Shown here one piece after another: positions 38,428-48,681 of a stretch of 64,000 nucleotides of DNA (its first letter is position 1; each line of letters begins with the position of its first letter). Location of the stretch: contig JBEKOM010000001.1 in NCBI GenBank assembly GCA_049521795.1, forward strand, positions 480,001 to 544,000, written 5' to 3'. Origin of the DNA: Candidatus Bathyarchaeia archaeon (GTDB lineage: Archaea; Thermoproteota; Bathyarchaeia; Bathyarchaeales; Bathycorpusculaceae). The translations under genes were made by a program, and so were the position numbers. Below the pieces are notes generated by a model. The model was not told where the DNA came from. It saw nothing but the letters and a program-made list of their open reading frames with translations, and did not search any database.

Positions 38428-39961
38428 CTAATCCTGTTCTTCTTCTTCCGTTCCATACTTTCTCACACTCGCTAAAAGCTTCTCAATATCGGGTATCTTC
38501 TCCTTGCACGCAAGCTGAGTCGAAAACTGAGCAATTCTAGGAAGATACTTGCTGAAAACGCCCAGCCTCTTCCGTTCCCTGTCAACATGCTCCCTTCTTG
38601 ACAGGAAAAGCTGGAGTTGCCGAGCAACTTCTCGCAGCCCATTTGCAATTTCCCTTCTGACCTCAGGCCTATCGGCGATGAACTCTTTGCCAACCGTCTT
38701 GTACGGGACCTTTGTGCTGCAGATGTGCACCAGAATTGCTATTGGCATTTCAGGAGTGGCATGGTACCTGCGCCAGTTCATCGCCGAGATCACTCTGAGC
38801 GAAACGTCGTTCGCCTCATCATACAAAAGTGGGATTCTGTTTGCAAAACGATAGACGATGAAAGCTCCCCTGCTTGGGACCTCTCCCCCGTAGGCTATGC
38901 CTATTTCGATGATGAACGGGTGCCCAGCGTACGTGGCCGGCTTCCGCTGATGAACAGCCAAAAACTCTGGCTTCAGCTCCTTCGAGACTCCGGTTTTCAG
39001 CAAGTCCTCGCCGAGAGGAGACAGGCAGCTTGCGTCCGGCGGCAGAAATTCCTTGAACCTTTTCATCATATGCATGAGTCTAACGATTTCTTCGTGAGTA
39101 AGTTTTTTCGGGTTTTTGGACGGGCTTAGTTCGCTGAACTCTAAGAACTTCTGCGCGGTGATTTCACCGACACGGTGGAAATGGTTCTTCAAGAAGTCAA
39201 GCATGTTCCTGTATGGCGTGATCTGTATCAACCGTTGAAGCAGTTCCACGTCCACCCCGTACGGATGCGGTTTCGTCTCCTTCGGCGGAACCGGCATATC
39301 CTTGGTGACTCTGGTGAACTTGTACAGCCTGCCCTTTGGGTCTACGAACATCAGGTTTGCGTACGGGTTCACCATGGCCGTCTGCTTGAGGTAATCCAAG
39401 ATCTTCGGCATCGCCCTGAAATAGTCCCCTTCAAGCGTAAACTCGACGACGGTTCCACGCCACAAATCCTTGTTTATCAGAACCTTTCTGTCAAGAATCA
39501 CTGGGCGGTTCCGCTGAATGTCGATCATGAGCTTGTACATGTAGGTCTTCGAGATGCCCGTGCTGGAGATTATCGTGGCCGGCTGATGCGTCGTGATCTG
39601 TCCATACAGAATCGCCATCTTGCCGCCCAAGCCGAACGTTCCCCTCTGCTGCTTAAGCTTGTACTTCGAACCGAAAAGAATCTGTCCAAAGGCAGAAGGA
39701 ATGTGCTTAGGCGGAACCCCGATGCCGTTGTCCTCAACCCGCAACTTGTAAATCTGAGTCTCCGGGGTGGCCTCACCCTCGTAGGACAAGCGAACATACA
39801 CGTCCGGCGGTAATCGGTGGCTTTCCGCTGCGTCCAGCGAGTTCTCCACCAACTCCCTCACTGCCACGAAAATGGCTCTAGACGGATTCGTAAACCCAGC
39901 AATGTCCCTGTTACGGTAGAAAAAAGTCCGCTGCGCTTATTTCCTCAAAAGTCTGAGCCAT
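38428..39961 (-). CDS. top6B: DNA topoisomerase VI subunit B (apparent +1 frameshift at 39920-39925)
   Basis: RELVENSLDA, EDNGIG, RGTFGLG, RFANRIPL. MAQTFEEISAADF from ATG 39961 joins FYRNRDIAGFTNP only if one T is removed. Confidence 0.9.
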
Positions 39962-40115
39962 ATATATCCCCCCTTTAGGTCTCTCTGGCGCAGACACTTC
40001 TGAACGTTCATGTCTTTGAGCCTCCCAGCCACTAAGAGTTTCCCAGCCTTCTCTTAAATCAGATATTCTCTACCATACAACCCGCTCGTTCTTTAACTTA
40101 ACTACCACCAACTTG

Positions 40116-40538
40116 TCATTTTTCGTAGGGAAAAGGGAAAAGCTCCCCGAGGGTCTTTACCTCAACTGTTTCAGGCGCAATCTTGCCTCTTTCAGTCTGT
40201 GCCATGAGAATCTTTATTTCAGAATTCTCGGCAAAATCGTGGATGTACTGCAGGCAGGCTCCGCAGGGTATTGGCGTCCGTGGCTTTTCCTCGTTCGTCA
40301 CGATGGCTATTTCCATGATTCTGCGGTTTCCATGCAAGACCGCATGGTCTATCGCACATCTCTCTGCACAGGTGCCGAGCCCAGAAACCCAGCTTTCAAC
40401 GTTGCAGCCAACGTACACTTTTCCGTCTTCTGCAAGCACAGCCGCGCCGACTCTGAAGCCCCACAGGACGTGTGAATTCTTTATAGCCTGCGAGGCGGCT
40501 TCCAACAACTTCGTCTCTATTTCTCCGATTCTAGACAT
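40116..40538 (-). CDS. cdd: Cytidine deaminase
   Basis: GCNVE, CAERCAI, PCGAC. Confidence 0.9.
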   Translation of the reverse strand: MSRIGEIETKLLEAASQAIKNSHVLWGFRVGAAVLAEDGKVYVGCNVESWVSGLGTCAERCAIDHAVLHGNRRIMEIAIVTNEEKPRTPIPCGACLQYIHDFAENSEIKILMAQTERGKIAPETVEVKTLGELFPFPYEK

Positions 40539-40554
40539 AATTGCTTCCTAGGCC

Positions 40555-42342
40555 CTATTTCCTATGAGTGCGAACATAATAGTATTCTCCGATCTCTTTT
40601 TGAAACTTGTCAAGCTTCGACCCATCTTTGTTAACCCTGGGCCTCTTCGTGGCTGGGTCTCTTCTAAAGGTCACTTCCATCTCTTTCAGAAACATGTTCA
40701 TCCCCCTCCTCAAACTCGTAGGCGGGTTAGCAGTGCCCTCGGCTCCAGGTTTTCCCGTGAAAACCATCAAGTGGTCCGCAATGAAGTCCTGTGTGACCAC
40801 GTCGTGCTCGACTACGAGGCCAGTTACGTTTCGGCTCTCGACGACCCTTCGAATGGCTCTCGCCATGCTCAAACGTTCCTCAACGTCCAAGTACGCGCTC
40901 GGCTCGTCCAGCAGGTAAAGTTCAGCCTCGCGGGACAAGCACGATGCGATTGCAACTTCCTGCAGTTCTCCTCCGCTGAGTTCGGCCACGTTCCTGTCCA
41001 TAAGCGGGTTCACCTTCAGAGGCTGAAGTATCTCAGTTCTGTACCAACCTGAAGAAAAATTCTCTTTGGCAACATTCCTCAGGAGTTCCTGAACTGTGCC
41101 CTCATACTCTGCAGAAATGTACTGCGGCTTGTAGCTGACTTTCAATTGGTCAAACCCTCTCCCATCATCCGCTTTCTCGATTCCAGCCAGAATCTTTACA
41201 AAAGTCGTCTTACCGATGCCGTTGGCACCCAGTATTCCGACTATTTCGCCCCTCTTGATCTCGCCACCCTGGACGACCAGCTTGAACCCCTTGTAAGTCT
41301 TCTCTATTTGATCCCATGCGAGCAGCGTTTGACCCGCGCCTGCGCTCTGCGTTGGCGGTTTCTCGTGGAAGACTATTGCTTCCTTTCTGAAGCGAACGTT
41401 CTCGTCTGGAATGTAACCCTCAAGATAGATGTTGATGCCAGTTCTGACACCATGAACGTTAGACACTACGCCGTAGACGCCCGGTTCTCCGTAGAAAACG
41501 CAGATCTGATCCGACAAGTAATCGATTATTGCCAGGTCGTGTTCCGCCACTATAACCGTCTTCTGAGCTGACGTTAGGCTTCTTATGGCCTTGGCAACCT
41601 GAAGTCTCTGACTAACGTCCAAGTAGCTTGAAGGCTCATCGAAGAGGTAGACGTCTGCCTCTCGACACATCGCAGCAGTGACTGCCAAGCGTTGCAGTTC
41701 GCCGCCGCTTAGGACTTCGAGGGGCCGGTCCCACAGCGGCTTAAGTTCCAACTGCTCTGCCACGGTGTCCATTAAGCCTCTTTCATCCACTTTTTCGAGC
41801 AGTTCGCCGACTTTTCCAGAAACAGCCTTCGGGATCTTGTCAACGTACTGCGGTTTGTGCGAGACCGTCAGCTTGTTCTCACTCATTCTTAGGAAATAGT
41901 CCTGAAGCGTTGAACCTCTGAAGTGCTGGATTATGTCGTTCCACGAAGGTGGCTCTGCGTAGTTACCAAGGTTCAGCTTCACTTCTCCTGAAAGTATTCT
42001 CAACGTAGTCGTCTTGCCAATTCCGTTCTGCCCGAGCAGCCCTAAAACCATTCCAGGAGAAGGCGTTGGAAGCCTGTAAAGCTTGAAACTGTTCTCTCCG
42101 AAGCGGTGGCTGCAGTCTTTCTCCAGCTCGTCCGGTAAGTTGACTATAGAAATGGCGTTAAACGGACACTTCCTGACGCATATTCCGCATCCCGTGCACA
42201 GAGACTCCACGATCACCGCTTTCTCGCCCTCAAATCGTATAGCCTCTATCTTTGTTCGAACGATCGGACAAAAACGGTGACACAGTTTGTTGCAGCGTTT
42301 CGGCTTGCACCTGTCCAGTTCTAACACTGCAACCCTTGTCAT
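40555..42342 (-). CDS. Ribosome recycling ATPase ABCE1/RLI
   Basis: N-terminal Fe-S domain and two ABC domains (GQNGIGKTT, LSGGELQ). Confidence 0.96.
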   Translation of the reverse strand: MTRVAVLELDRCKPKRCNKLCHRFCPIVRTKIEAIRFEGEKAVIVESLCTGCGICVRKCPFNAISIVNLPDELEKDCSHRFGENSFKLYRLPTPSPGMVLGLLGQNGIGKTTTLRILSGEVKLNLGNYAEPPSWNDIIQHFRGSTLQDYFLRMSENKLTVSHKPQYVDKIPKAVSGKVGELLEKVDERGLMDTVAEQLELKPLWDRPLEVLSGGELQRLAVTAAMCREADVYLFDEPSSYLDVSQRLQVAKAIRSLTSAQKTVIVAEHDLAIIDYLSDQICVFYGEPGVYGVVSNVHGVRTGINIYLEGYIPDENVRFRKEAIVFHEKPPTQSAGAGQTLLAWDQIEKTYKGFKLVVQGGEIKRGEIVGILGANGIGKTTFVKILAGIEKADDGRGFDQLKVSYKPQYISAEYEGTVQELLRNVAKENFSSGWYRTEILQPLKVNPLMDRNVAELSGGELQEVAIASCLSREAELYLLDEPSAYLDVEERLSMARAIRRVVESRNVTGLVVEHDVVTQDFIADHLMVFTGKPGAEGTANPPTSLRRGMNMFLKEMEVTFRRDPATKRPRVNKDGSKLDKFQKEIGEYYYVRTHRK

Positions 42343-42469
42343 GGTCGACCCGCTAGTGAAGGCTCGCCGCTAGTGGTTTATAAATGTGAACCTTAAAAAC
42401 AGCAAACGAAATTGTCGCACTCTTCAAAGTAAAAGAAAAAGCACAGGAGTGCCTGCTGCTTACTCATCC

Positions 42470-42544
42470 TTACCACTCTTCTTCTTCCCAGTCCTCGTCT
42501 TCTTCCAAGTCTTCCTCTTCTTCCCAATCTTCTTCAAACACCAC
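42470..42544 (-). CDS. Tiny acidic Trp-containing peptide M(V)FEEDWEEEEDLEEDEDWEEEEW
   Basis: GGAGGTGA Shine-Dalgarno at 42550-42557, GTG starts at 42544/42541, TAA at 42470, T-rich tract downstream. Confidence 0.65.
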   Translation of the reverse strand: MVFEEDWEEEEDLEEDEDWEEEEW

Positions 42545-42660
42545 TTTTTTCACCTCCCAACAATAGGATGGGTAGAGTGAGAGCAGCTTAGAAATCTTTA
42601 AGGATTATCATTCGTCAGTTGTCGAGAACCAAGCCTGAGGACATGTTTCCCTCAGATTTT

Positions 42661-43632
42661 TCAGGGAGTTTCTTTCACGATTCTTCCCGTCAAAGAGGCT
42701 ACAGGCTTCTTGACTTCCGGCGTTAAATAAGCCCAGCACATGTTCGGTGAGTTGTGCGCCGCTCCAAATCTTCCTTGCATGTCGATAGCAGCCAGTCCCA
42801 TGGCATTGTATCCTGTTGGTAGTCTTTTGTTCACCAATTTTATCGCGAGCTCAACGGCTTCCTCCCCCGACTTTCCACCTTCCATGTGGTTGCAAACAGT
42901 CTTCGCCAGAACAAGCCGCATAGCTATTTCGCCGACACCTGTGGCTGAACAGGCACCTGCTTGGTTGTCCGCGTAAGTGCCGCATCCGATTATCGGAGAA
43001 TCGCCGATTCTTCCAGGGAGCTTCAGCGGAAAACCTCCCGTTGAAGTTGCTGCTGCCACGTTCCCGTTTTTGTCCAAGGCGACTGCGCCCACAGTTTCGA
43101 GGCAAAACAGTTCCGGATGCTTCTTGACCAGTTCGGCAAGTCTTGGAAGTTCAAACCTTCCTTCGAGCAGGGCTTTCTTCTGCTCTTCGTAATACCTCAA
43201 CCTGAGCTCAGTCACAGGGTTTCTTCTGGGAAGGTTGTGTAGCTTGGCAAGCTTCTCCGCTCCTTCACCGACAACGAACACGTGGTCAGTCTCTTCCATG
43301 ACTATTCTCGCTAAACGCACTGGGTTCTTGATGTCTCGCAAGAGTCCAGTAGCCCCAGCTTGGAGTGTTTTCCCATCCATGATCGATGCCTCCATCTCAA
43401 CCTGCTTGTCAATGTTAAGGCTTGAGCCGTAGCCCGCGTTGAATACTCCATGGTCTTCCATAGCGGCAACCGCCTCCATCACACTGTCAACCGCTTCTCC
43501 GCCGCTCTTCAAGACATCATAGCCAGCAATAGCAGCCTTCTTAACTCCGACAATGCCAGGCTGGCTGCGCTCAGGCTGCCAGTGCCCCGCGCCACCGTGA
43601 ACAACCATTATTGGTTTCGGCACTCTACTCAT
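42661..43632 (-). CDS. Isoaspartyl peptidase/L-asparaginase
   Basis: HGGAG, FNAGYGS, ETVGAVA, TSTGG, GRIGDSP. Confidence 0.93.
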   Translation of the reverse strand: MSRVPKPIMVVHGGAGHWQPERSQPGIVGVKKAAIAGYDVLKSGGEAVDSVMEAVAAMEDHGVFNAGYGSSLNIDKQVEMEASIMDGKTLQAGATGLLRDIKNPVRLARIVMEETDHVFVVGEGAEKLAKLHNLPRRNPVTELRLRYYEEQKKALLEGRFELPRLAELVKKHPELFCLETVGAVALDKNGNVAAATSTGGFPLKLPGRIGDSPIIGCGTYADNQAGACSATGVGEIAMRLVLAKTVCNHMEGGKSGEEAVELAIKLVNKRLPTGYNAMGLAAIDMQGRFGAAHNSPNMCWAYLTPEVKKPVASLTGRIVKETP

Positions 43633-43737
43633 CTTCCTTCCCCCTTAGGCTTGAATAGTTGACCTAATCGATCAGAATTTAAGCCTAATGCTGCAAACCG
43701 TCAAAATGATTAAATCGCTGACGCCGAACATTACTCT

Positions 43738-43802
43738 TGGGATGATGTGAGGCGACGGCTAGGAGCCTCTGGCGATGAAAAAGCCATTTACCGAACTGAC
43801 CA
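43738..43802 (+). ncRNA. Putative C/D box guide sRNA
   Basis: ATGATGT (C), guide, AGGA (D'), GCGATGA (C'), guide, CTGA (D); TTAAAT about 25 bp upstream. Confidence 0.55.
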
Positions 43803-43859
43803 CACATCAACTTGAAACAGTTAAATTTCTGCGAAACAACTGAGGCAGTGGTGCGAACA

Positions 43860-44384
43860 GTGCTCAAAGAATTCAACCTTCTGGCGACCACTTATCGAAG
43901 AGACGAGGGCCACGCTCGTTCTGAGTTGCGCTACCTGCTTGAACAGATAGGTGACAAAACCGCGGTTGTCGACAGAACAGGTGTTTCAGGGTTGATCGTC
44001 GCCAAGACAGCCCTCGACCCATACGACGCGATAAGAAGATTTCGCGAAATTCTGCAAGAGCGTCCGTACGAGTTTCGCTACATGCTGAGAGTGATTCCCA
44101 TAGAAAAGGTTGTGCAAACCGGTTTGGAGCAAATTCAAGACGCCGCCAAAGAACTTGGTTTGAAAGTAGCTGAGGGCGAGACTTTCAGAGTTAAGGTTGA
44201 GAAGCGTTTCACAGAAACACATTCCAGAGACATAATCGAAGCAGCTGCCGGGGTTATCAAAAGAAAAGTGAACTTGACCAAGCCTGACAAGATCCTGCTG
44301 GTCGAGGTTGTGGGTGGGCTGACAGGAGTGTCAATAGCAAAACCGGATGAGATCCTATCTGTCCTGAAGGAGAAAGTGCTCTAG
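43860..44384 (+). CDS. THUMP-domain protein
   Basis: RVIPIEKVV, ETFRVKVEKR, KVNLTKPDKILLVEV. Confidence 0.88.
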   Translation: MLKEFNLLATTYRRDEGHARSELRYLLEQIGDKTAVVDRTGVSGLIVAKTALDPYDAIRRFREILQERPYEFRYMLRVIPIEKVVQTGLEQIQDAAKELGLKVAEGETFRVKVEKRFTETHSRDIIEAAAGVIKRKVNLTKPDKILLVEVVGGLTGVSIAKPDEILSVLKEKVL

Positions 44385-44385
44385 C

Positions 44386-44952
44386 CTAACGCTGAGTGGC
44401 CAACAAGGCCATCCTCTCAACGACAAGGTCGGTCATGGCTTTATTCACATCATTCTTTTCTATGACTGTTCTGAGCTCTGCCTCTGAAATATCGAAGACC
44501 TTTTGAATCGTTGCCACTTTGTCCTTTGACAGTTTAAGAACTCTCTCATCACTTTGACCGCCGATGTTCTTCGAAACCATTGAGAGGGCCGACTCCACTT
44601 TACGAGGTTCTTTTCCAATTATCAACACCGCGACGTCCGAGGAGGTCGCTGCGATTCCAACAAGCTCCACTGCCCTCGTTATCTGCCGTTCGGCTGCAGC
44701 GTACAGCAAAGTCTCCATAGCCAGACTCTTCGAAATGTTTTCCTTGTTTTTGAAAGCTGTGAGTGCGTTCAAGGCGGCAAAGTATAGGTGCTGCCACGTG
44801 GCAACGCGTCTCGCATCAAAGAATTGAACCTCAATACCCGCTGGTTTTGCCTTGCTGACCTTGTCCAAGAATTCTTTGGCTTGACTGATTTTCACGTTTT
44901 TAAAGCCGCATATCTCTGCATAAATCTTGAACTCTTCTATCCGCTTCAGCAC
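44386..44952 (-). CDS. cgi121: KEOPS subunit Cgi121
   Basis: HLYFAA.NA..AF...NISKSLAME.LLYAA.ERQI..A. Confidence 0.88.
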   Translation of the reverse strand: MLKRIEEFKIYAEICGFKNVKISQAKEFLDKVSKAKPAGIEVQFFDARRVATWQHLYFAALNALTAFKNKENISKSLAMETLLYAAAERQITRAVELVGIAATSSDVAVLIIGKEPRKVESALSMVSKNIGGQSDERVLKLSKDKVATIQKVFDISEAELRTVIEKNDVNKAMTDLVVERMALLATQR

Positions 44953-45569
44953 CTTTCTTCCTCAAGGATTTCCTTCAGGAACCTTTTGATCAGTGGGTCT
45001 GGTACGCCAGCTTTTCTGAGCTTTTCAGTTTCTTCTTCTACAGGTTTCCCGTTTTCATTGCATTCCTTGGTGATTTTGCGAATCGTTTCCTTCACTTCCC
45101 AAGGGAAGATTATCCAGTCACTGGTCTCCTTCGAGTGGTAGTCGGGTTTGACGGTGCTCCACGGTTTGCAGTACACCGTAGCTGTTCTCGCTTCTACAGC
45201 ACCTTGCTCGATAATGTGTTCCTTCACCAGCTTCAGAGTCTTCCCAGTGTCCGCAACCTCGTCTACAATCAACACTCTCTTTCCTGCAACCGCAACCGAT
45301 ATCGGTTGGGTCAATGCAGGTTCAGATTTTGTCTCTCCAACGCCAAGATAAAACTCGACTCTAACATTCGCGAGGTTCGGGTTGCTCAGCAAGTCAGACA
45401 GAACCCGCGCAGGAGGCCACCCTCCCCTTGAAACACCCACGATCATGTCTGGTTTGAAGCCGTCTTTTCTTATTGTGTCGGCCAAGTCTAGGAGCATGTC
45501 GTATATTTGATTCCAAGACGGAGCTTCAAACTTCAGTTTCAAGGACAAAACGTCTTCCTTTTGCTTCAT
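44946..45569 (-). CDS. Purine phosphoribosyltransferase
   Basis: VSRGG, VLIVDEVADTGKT, WIIFPWE. Confidence 0.9.
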   Translation of the reverse strand: MKQKEDVLSLKLKFEAPSWNQIYDMLLDLADTIRKDGFKPDMIVGVSRGGWPPARVLSDLLSNPNLANVRVEFYLGVGETKSEPALTQPISVAVAGKRVLIVDEVADTGKTLKLVKEHIIEQGAVEARTATVYCKPWSTVKPDYHSKETSDWIIFPWEVKETIRKITKECNENGKPVEEETEKLRKAGVPDPLIKRFLKEILEEERC

Positions 45570-45618
45570 AGAGTCGGCTGAGACCTTATAAATCTAGAAG
45601 CCCAAGTGCGCCGCTTGG

Positions 45619-46050
45619 CTAGGAAATGTAGAATAGATCCTGTTTGCGCCCTTCCCCGATCTGTCTGATCAGCTCGTACTGAGCTTCTAAGAGTATCTTC
45701 AGCTTTTCAACATCGTTCTTGGCATCCTCAATTTCATTGGTCTTTTCAATAAGCTCCGATTTCTGAAGCTGCTCTCCGATTTTGGCGATTGATATTTGCA
45801 GAATCTTGACTTTGAAAGCGAACATCTGAAGAATGTACAGAAGGCTCAGCTCAGAAGACCACCTTTCCAACTGGTCGTACTCCAACGTTTTCATGAGCGA
45901 AGCCTGAACTTTCTGTGTTTCAGACGCTTTCCCAGACTTGAGTGTTGCATCGTAACTTTCTATCCTCTTTAAGGACGCACCTTTGTTCTCGTCAAATAGT
46001 TTCTGCGTTCTTGAGGCCGTTTTTCTCAATATCTCCAAGATTTCATCCAT
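45619..46050 (-). CDS. Hypothetical coiled-coil protein
   Basis: Helical composition, ATG ORF. Confidence 0.6.
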   Translation of the reverse strand: MDEILEILRKTASRTQKLFDENKGASLKRIESYDATLKSGKASETQKVQASLMKTLEYDQLERWSSELSLLYILQMFAFKVKILQISIAKIGEQLQKSELIEKTNEIEDAKNDVEKLKILLEAQYELIRQIGEGRKQDLFYIS

Positions 46051-46354
46051 AATGACTCCAACTCTGCCTTCGCTTCCACAAGGACACTTCACCGCATGCT
46101 TGACACGCGTTGTCTACACTATACTCAAAGCCTTTCTAAGGTTTTTCCTATCCGCCTCACTAATTTCGTATCGGTTTTTCACTTCGGTTCGCAGAGTATT
46201 ATTGCCGCCGAGGTGAATCACGTCTTCTGACCTAGACAATTCCGATCTTCGCGACGCATAAGTGTTCACTTTGAAAATCGCAAACAAAGACTGGGTGATC
46301 GCAAGAAGAGTCTGGCAATCTTAATTACCTCGTGTTGCGAGTTATTTTAAGCTG

Positions 46355-47284
46355 GTGAGATGGCGTTTGGAGATTGTCGAGTGTGTTCCGAATTTCAGCA
46401 CTTCAGACCCTAAGGTTGTAAAATCAATTCTCAACGAACTCAAGAAGACCAAGAACGCTTTCTTGCTTGACCAAACTTATGACGATCATTACAATCGTCT
46501 GGTAGTTTCATTCGTAGGGAGCAAGAAATCGGTTCTTGAAGCCGCGCTGAACATGTCCTTCAAGGCCGTGGAACTGATCGACATGCGGAAACAAAAGGGT
46601 CAGCATCCGAGAATCGGAGCCGTTGATGTTGTCCCGTTCATACCGTCAAAGAATGTGACGATGGAAGATTGTGTTAAACTTGCCAAAGAATTTGGGCAAA
46701 CTTTGGCCAAGAAATGTGGCTTGCCAGTTTACTTGTACGGTGAGGCCGCAGCTGCGCCTGAGCGGAAAGACCTGGATTGGATTCGCGAAGGCGACTATGA
46801 GAAACTTTCTGAAATGATTAGCAAGCCTAAGCGCAAGCCCGACTTTGGTCCATCAAAGCCTCATCGCACGGCTGGCGCCACGATAACGGGGGCCAGAAGG
46901 GTTATGGCCGGCTTCAACGTCAACGTGGGCACCTCGGACCTTAAAGTCGCCAAGAAGATCGCGAAGGCTCTGCACGCAACTAAGGGAGGCTTCACGAACG
47001 TTAAAGCTATGGCCGCGTCCCTTCCGGACAAGAACGTTACACAGATAGGCATGAGCATAAGCGATTTCGAGAAGACTCCTCTCTACCGCGTGTTCGAAGC
47101 GCTCAAGGTAGAGGCTGCACGCTACAACGTGCCAATAGTAGGCTCAGAATTCTGCGGTATGGCGCCCTTGAAAATCCTCATTGACGTGGCAGGATACTAC
47201 CTGAAAGTCGACAACCTCACGGAAGACCGCGTGCTGGAGATAGCCATTCAAGACGCCATTGAGAAAGGCGGTGCCTTTGAATAG
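46355..47284 (+). CDS. ftcd: Glutamate formimidoyltransferase (FT domain only)
   Basis: IVECVPNFS, NRLV, GQHPRIGAVDVVPF, PDFGP, GAR. Confidence 0.92.
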   Translation: MRWRLEIVECVPNFSTSDPKVVKSILNELKKTKNAFLLDQTYDDHYNRLVVSFVGSKKSVLEAALNMSFKAVELIDMRKQKGQHPRIGAVDVVPFIPSKNVTMEDCVKLAKEFGQTLAKKCGLPVYLYGEAAAAPERKDLDWIREGDYEKLSEMISKPKRKPDFGPSKPHRTAGATITGARRVMAGFNVNVGTSDLKVAKKIAKALHATKGGFTNVKAMAASLPDKNVTQIGMSISDFEKTPLYRVFEALKVEAARYNVPIVGSEFCGMAPLKILIDVAGYYLKVDNLTEDRVLEIAIQDAIEKGGAFE

Positions 47285-48596
47285 AGCCGTCAGGTCAAAG
47301 GCAAAGGAAAAGGCAGACTTGCTCATTGTCAACGCTAACGAGCTAGTTACACTTGGAGGAAACAACCAGAAACCACGCATCGGTAAGCAGATGCTCGACC
47401 TCGGAATAGTGCGCAACGGTGCTCTAGCGGTTAAAGATGGAACAATTGCCGCAGTCGGAAGCACGTCCGAGATCGCTAAGGTTTACAAGGCTGAAAACGT
47501 CGTGAACGCCAATGGCAAAACAGTGTTGCCGGGCTTCATTGACCCACACACGCATCTTGTTTTTGCGGGTTCAAGAGAGGATGAGTTTCAGATGCGGGTC
47601 GAAGGGGTCCCGTACATGGAGATTCTGGACGCTGGCGGCGGCATCCTGAAGACTGTCAGAGAGACGCGGCGGGCAAGTGTGGAAAAGCTCGTTGAAAACG
47701 GCACTGAGACACTCAACGCAATGTTGGAGCACGGAACAACAACTGTGGAGGCTAAGAGCGGCTACGGGCTGACGACTAAGGACGAGTTAAAGATGCTGGA
47801 GGCCATCCAGCGTCTCAACGAGATGCACACGGTTGACTTGGTTCCAACTTTTCTCGGAGCACACGCCGTTCCTCCGGAATTTTCAAACAGTCCAGAAGAC
47901 TATGTGAGTCTGGTCATCAGCGAGATGATTCCGAAAGTGGCTGGGAAGGGGCTCGCAGAGTTCTGCGACGTTTTTTGCGAGCGAGGAGTCTTCACTCTTG
48001 ACCAGGCTAGGCGAATCTTGGTGGCGGGCAAGAACTCGGGCTTGAAGCCCAGGGTGCACGCTGACGAGATCAGTCTGCTTGGAGGGACAGAACTTGCGGC
48101 CAGCGTCGGAGCGGTCTCAGCGGACCACATGCTTTTTTCTTCAGACAAGGGCATCAAGGCCATGGCTGAGAAAGGAGTTTTGGCCACTTTGCTGCCTGCA
48201 GCGGCATTCAGTCTGATGAGCGGTCGTTACGCGGATGCTCGAAAAATGATCAACTCAGGCGTTCCCGTGGCTTTGGGCACCGATTTCAACCCAAGCTGCT
48301 GGGTTGAGAACCAACAGTTGGTCATCGCCTTCGCCTGTCACTTCATGAAGTTAACTCCGGCTGAAGCCATAACAGCGGCAACGATCAACGCTGCACACGC
48401 TGTTTGCAGAGCGGGCGAAATTGGAAGCCTAGAAGTCGGCAAGAAGGCCGACGTAATCGTTCTGAACGGGCCAAACCACAAGTTCCTCGGGTACCGCTTT
48501 GGCGTGAACTTGGTTGACAAAGTGATCAAGAACGGCAGGCTCGTTGTCGACAATGAAGCAAGTCGAAGCGATTTCCGCCTTTTAGAAGAACAGTAA
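47259..48596 (+). CDS. hutI: Imidazolonepropionase
   Basis: DPHTHLVF.GSR.DEF, EAKSGYGL, HADE, GTDFNP. Confidence 0.95.
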   Translation: MRKAVPLNRAVRSKAKEKADLLIVNANELVTLGGNNQKPRIGKQMLDLGIVRNGALAVKDGTIAAVGSTSEIAKVYKAENVVNANGKTVLPGFIDPHTHLVFAGSREDEFQMRVEGVPYMEILDAGGGILKTVRETRRASVEKLVENGTETLNAMLEHGTTTVEAKSGYGLTTKDELKMLEAIQRLNEMHTVDLVPTFLGAHAVPPEFSNSPEDYVSLVISEMIPKVAGKGLAEFCDVFCERGVFTLDQARRILVAGKNSGLKPRVHADEISLLGGTELAASVGAVSADHMLFSSDKGIKAMAEKGVLATLLPAAAFSLMSGRYADARKMINSGVPVALGTDFNPSCWVENQQLVIAFACHFMKLTPAEAITAATINAAHAVCRAGEIGSLEVGKKADVIVLNGPNHKFLGYRFGVNLVDKVIKNGRLVVDNEASRSDFRLLEEQ

Positions 48597-48681
48597 TTGT
48601 GGGCGTCCTCAGCCCCTTAGGGCTTTAGAGGACTGGGCAAAGAATTAAAGTGCGGTTACATATTTTGGAGACTGGTGAACC

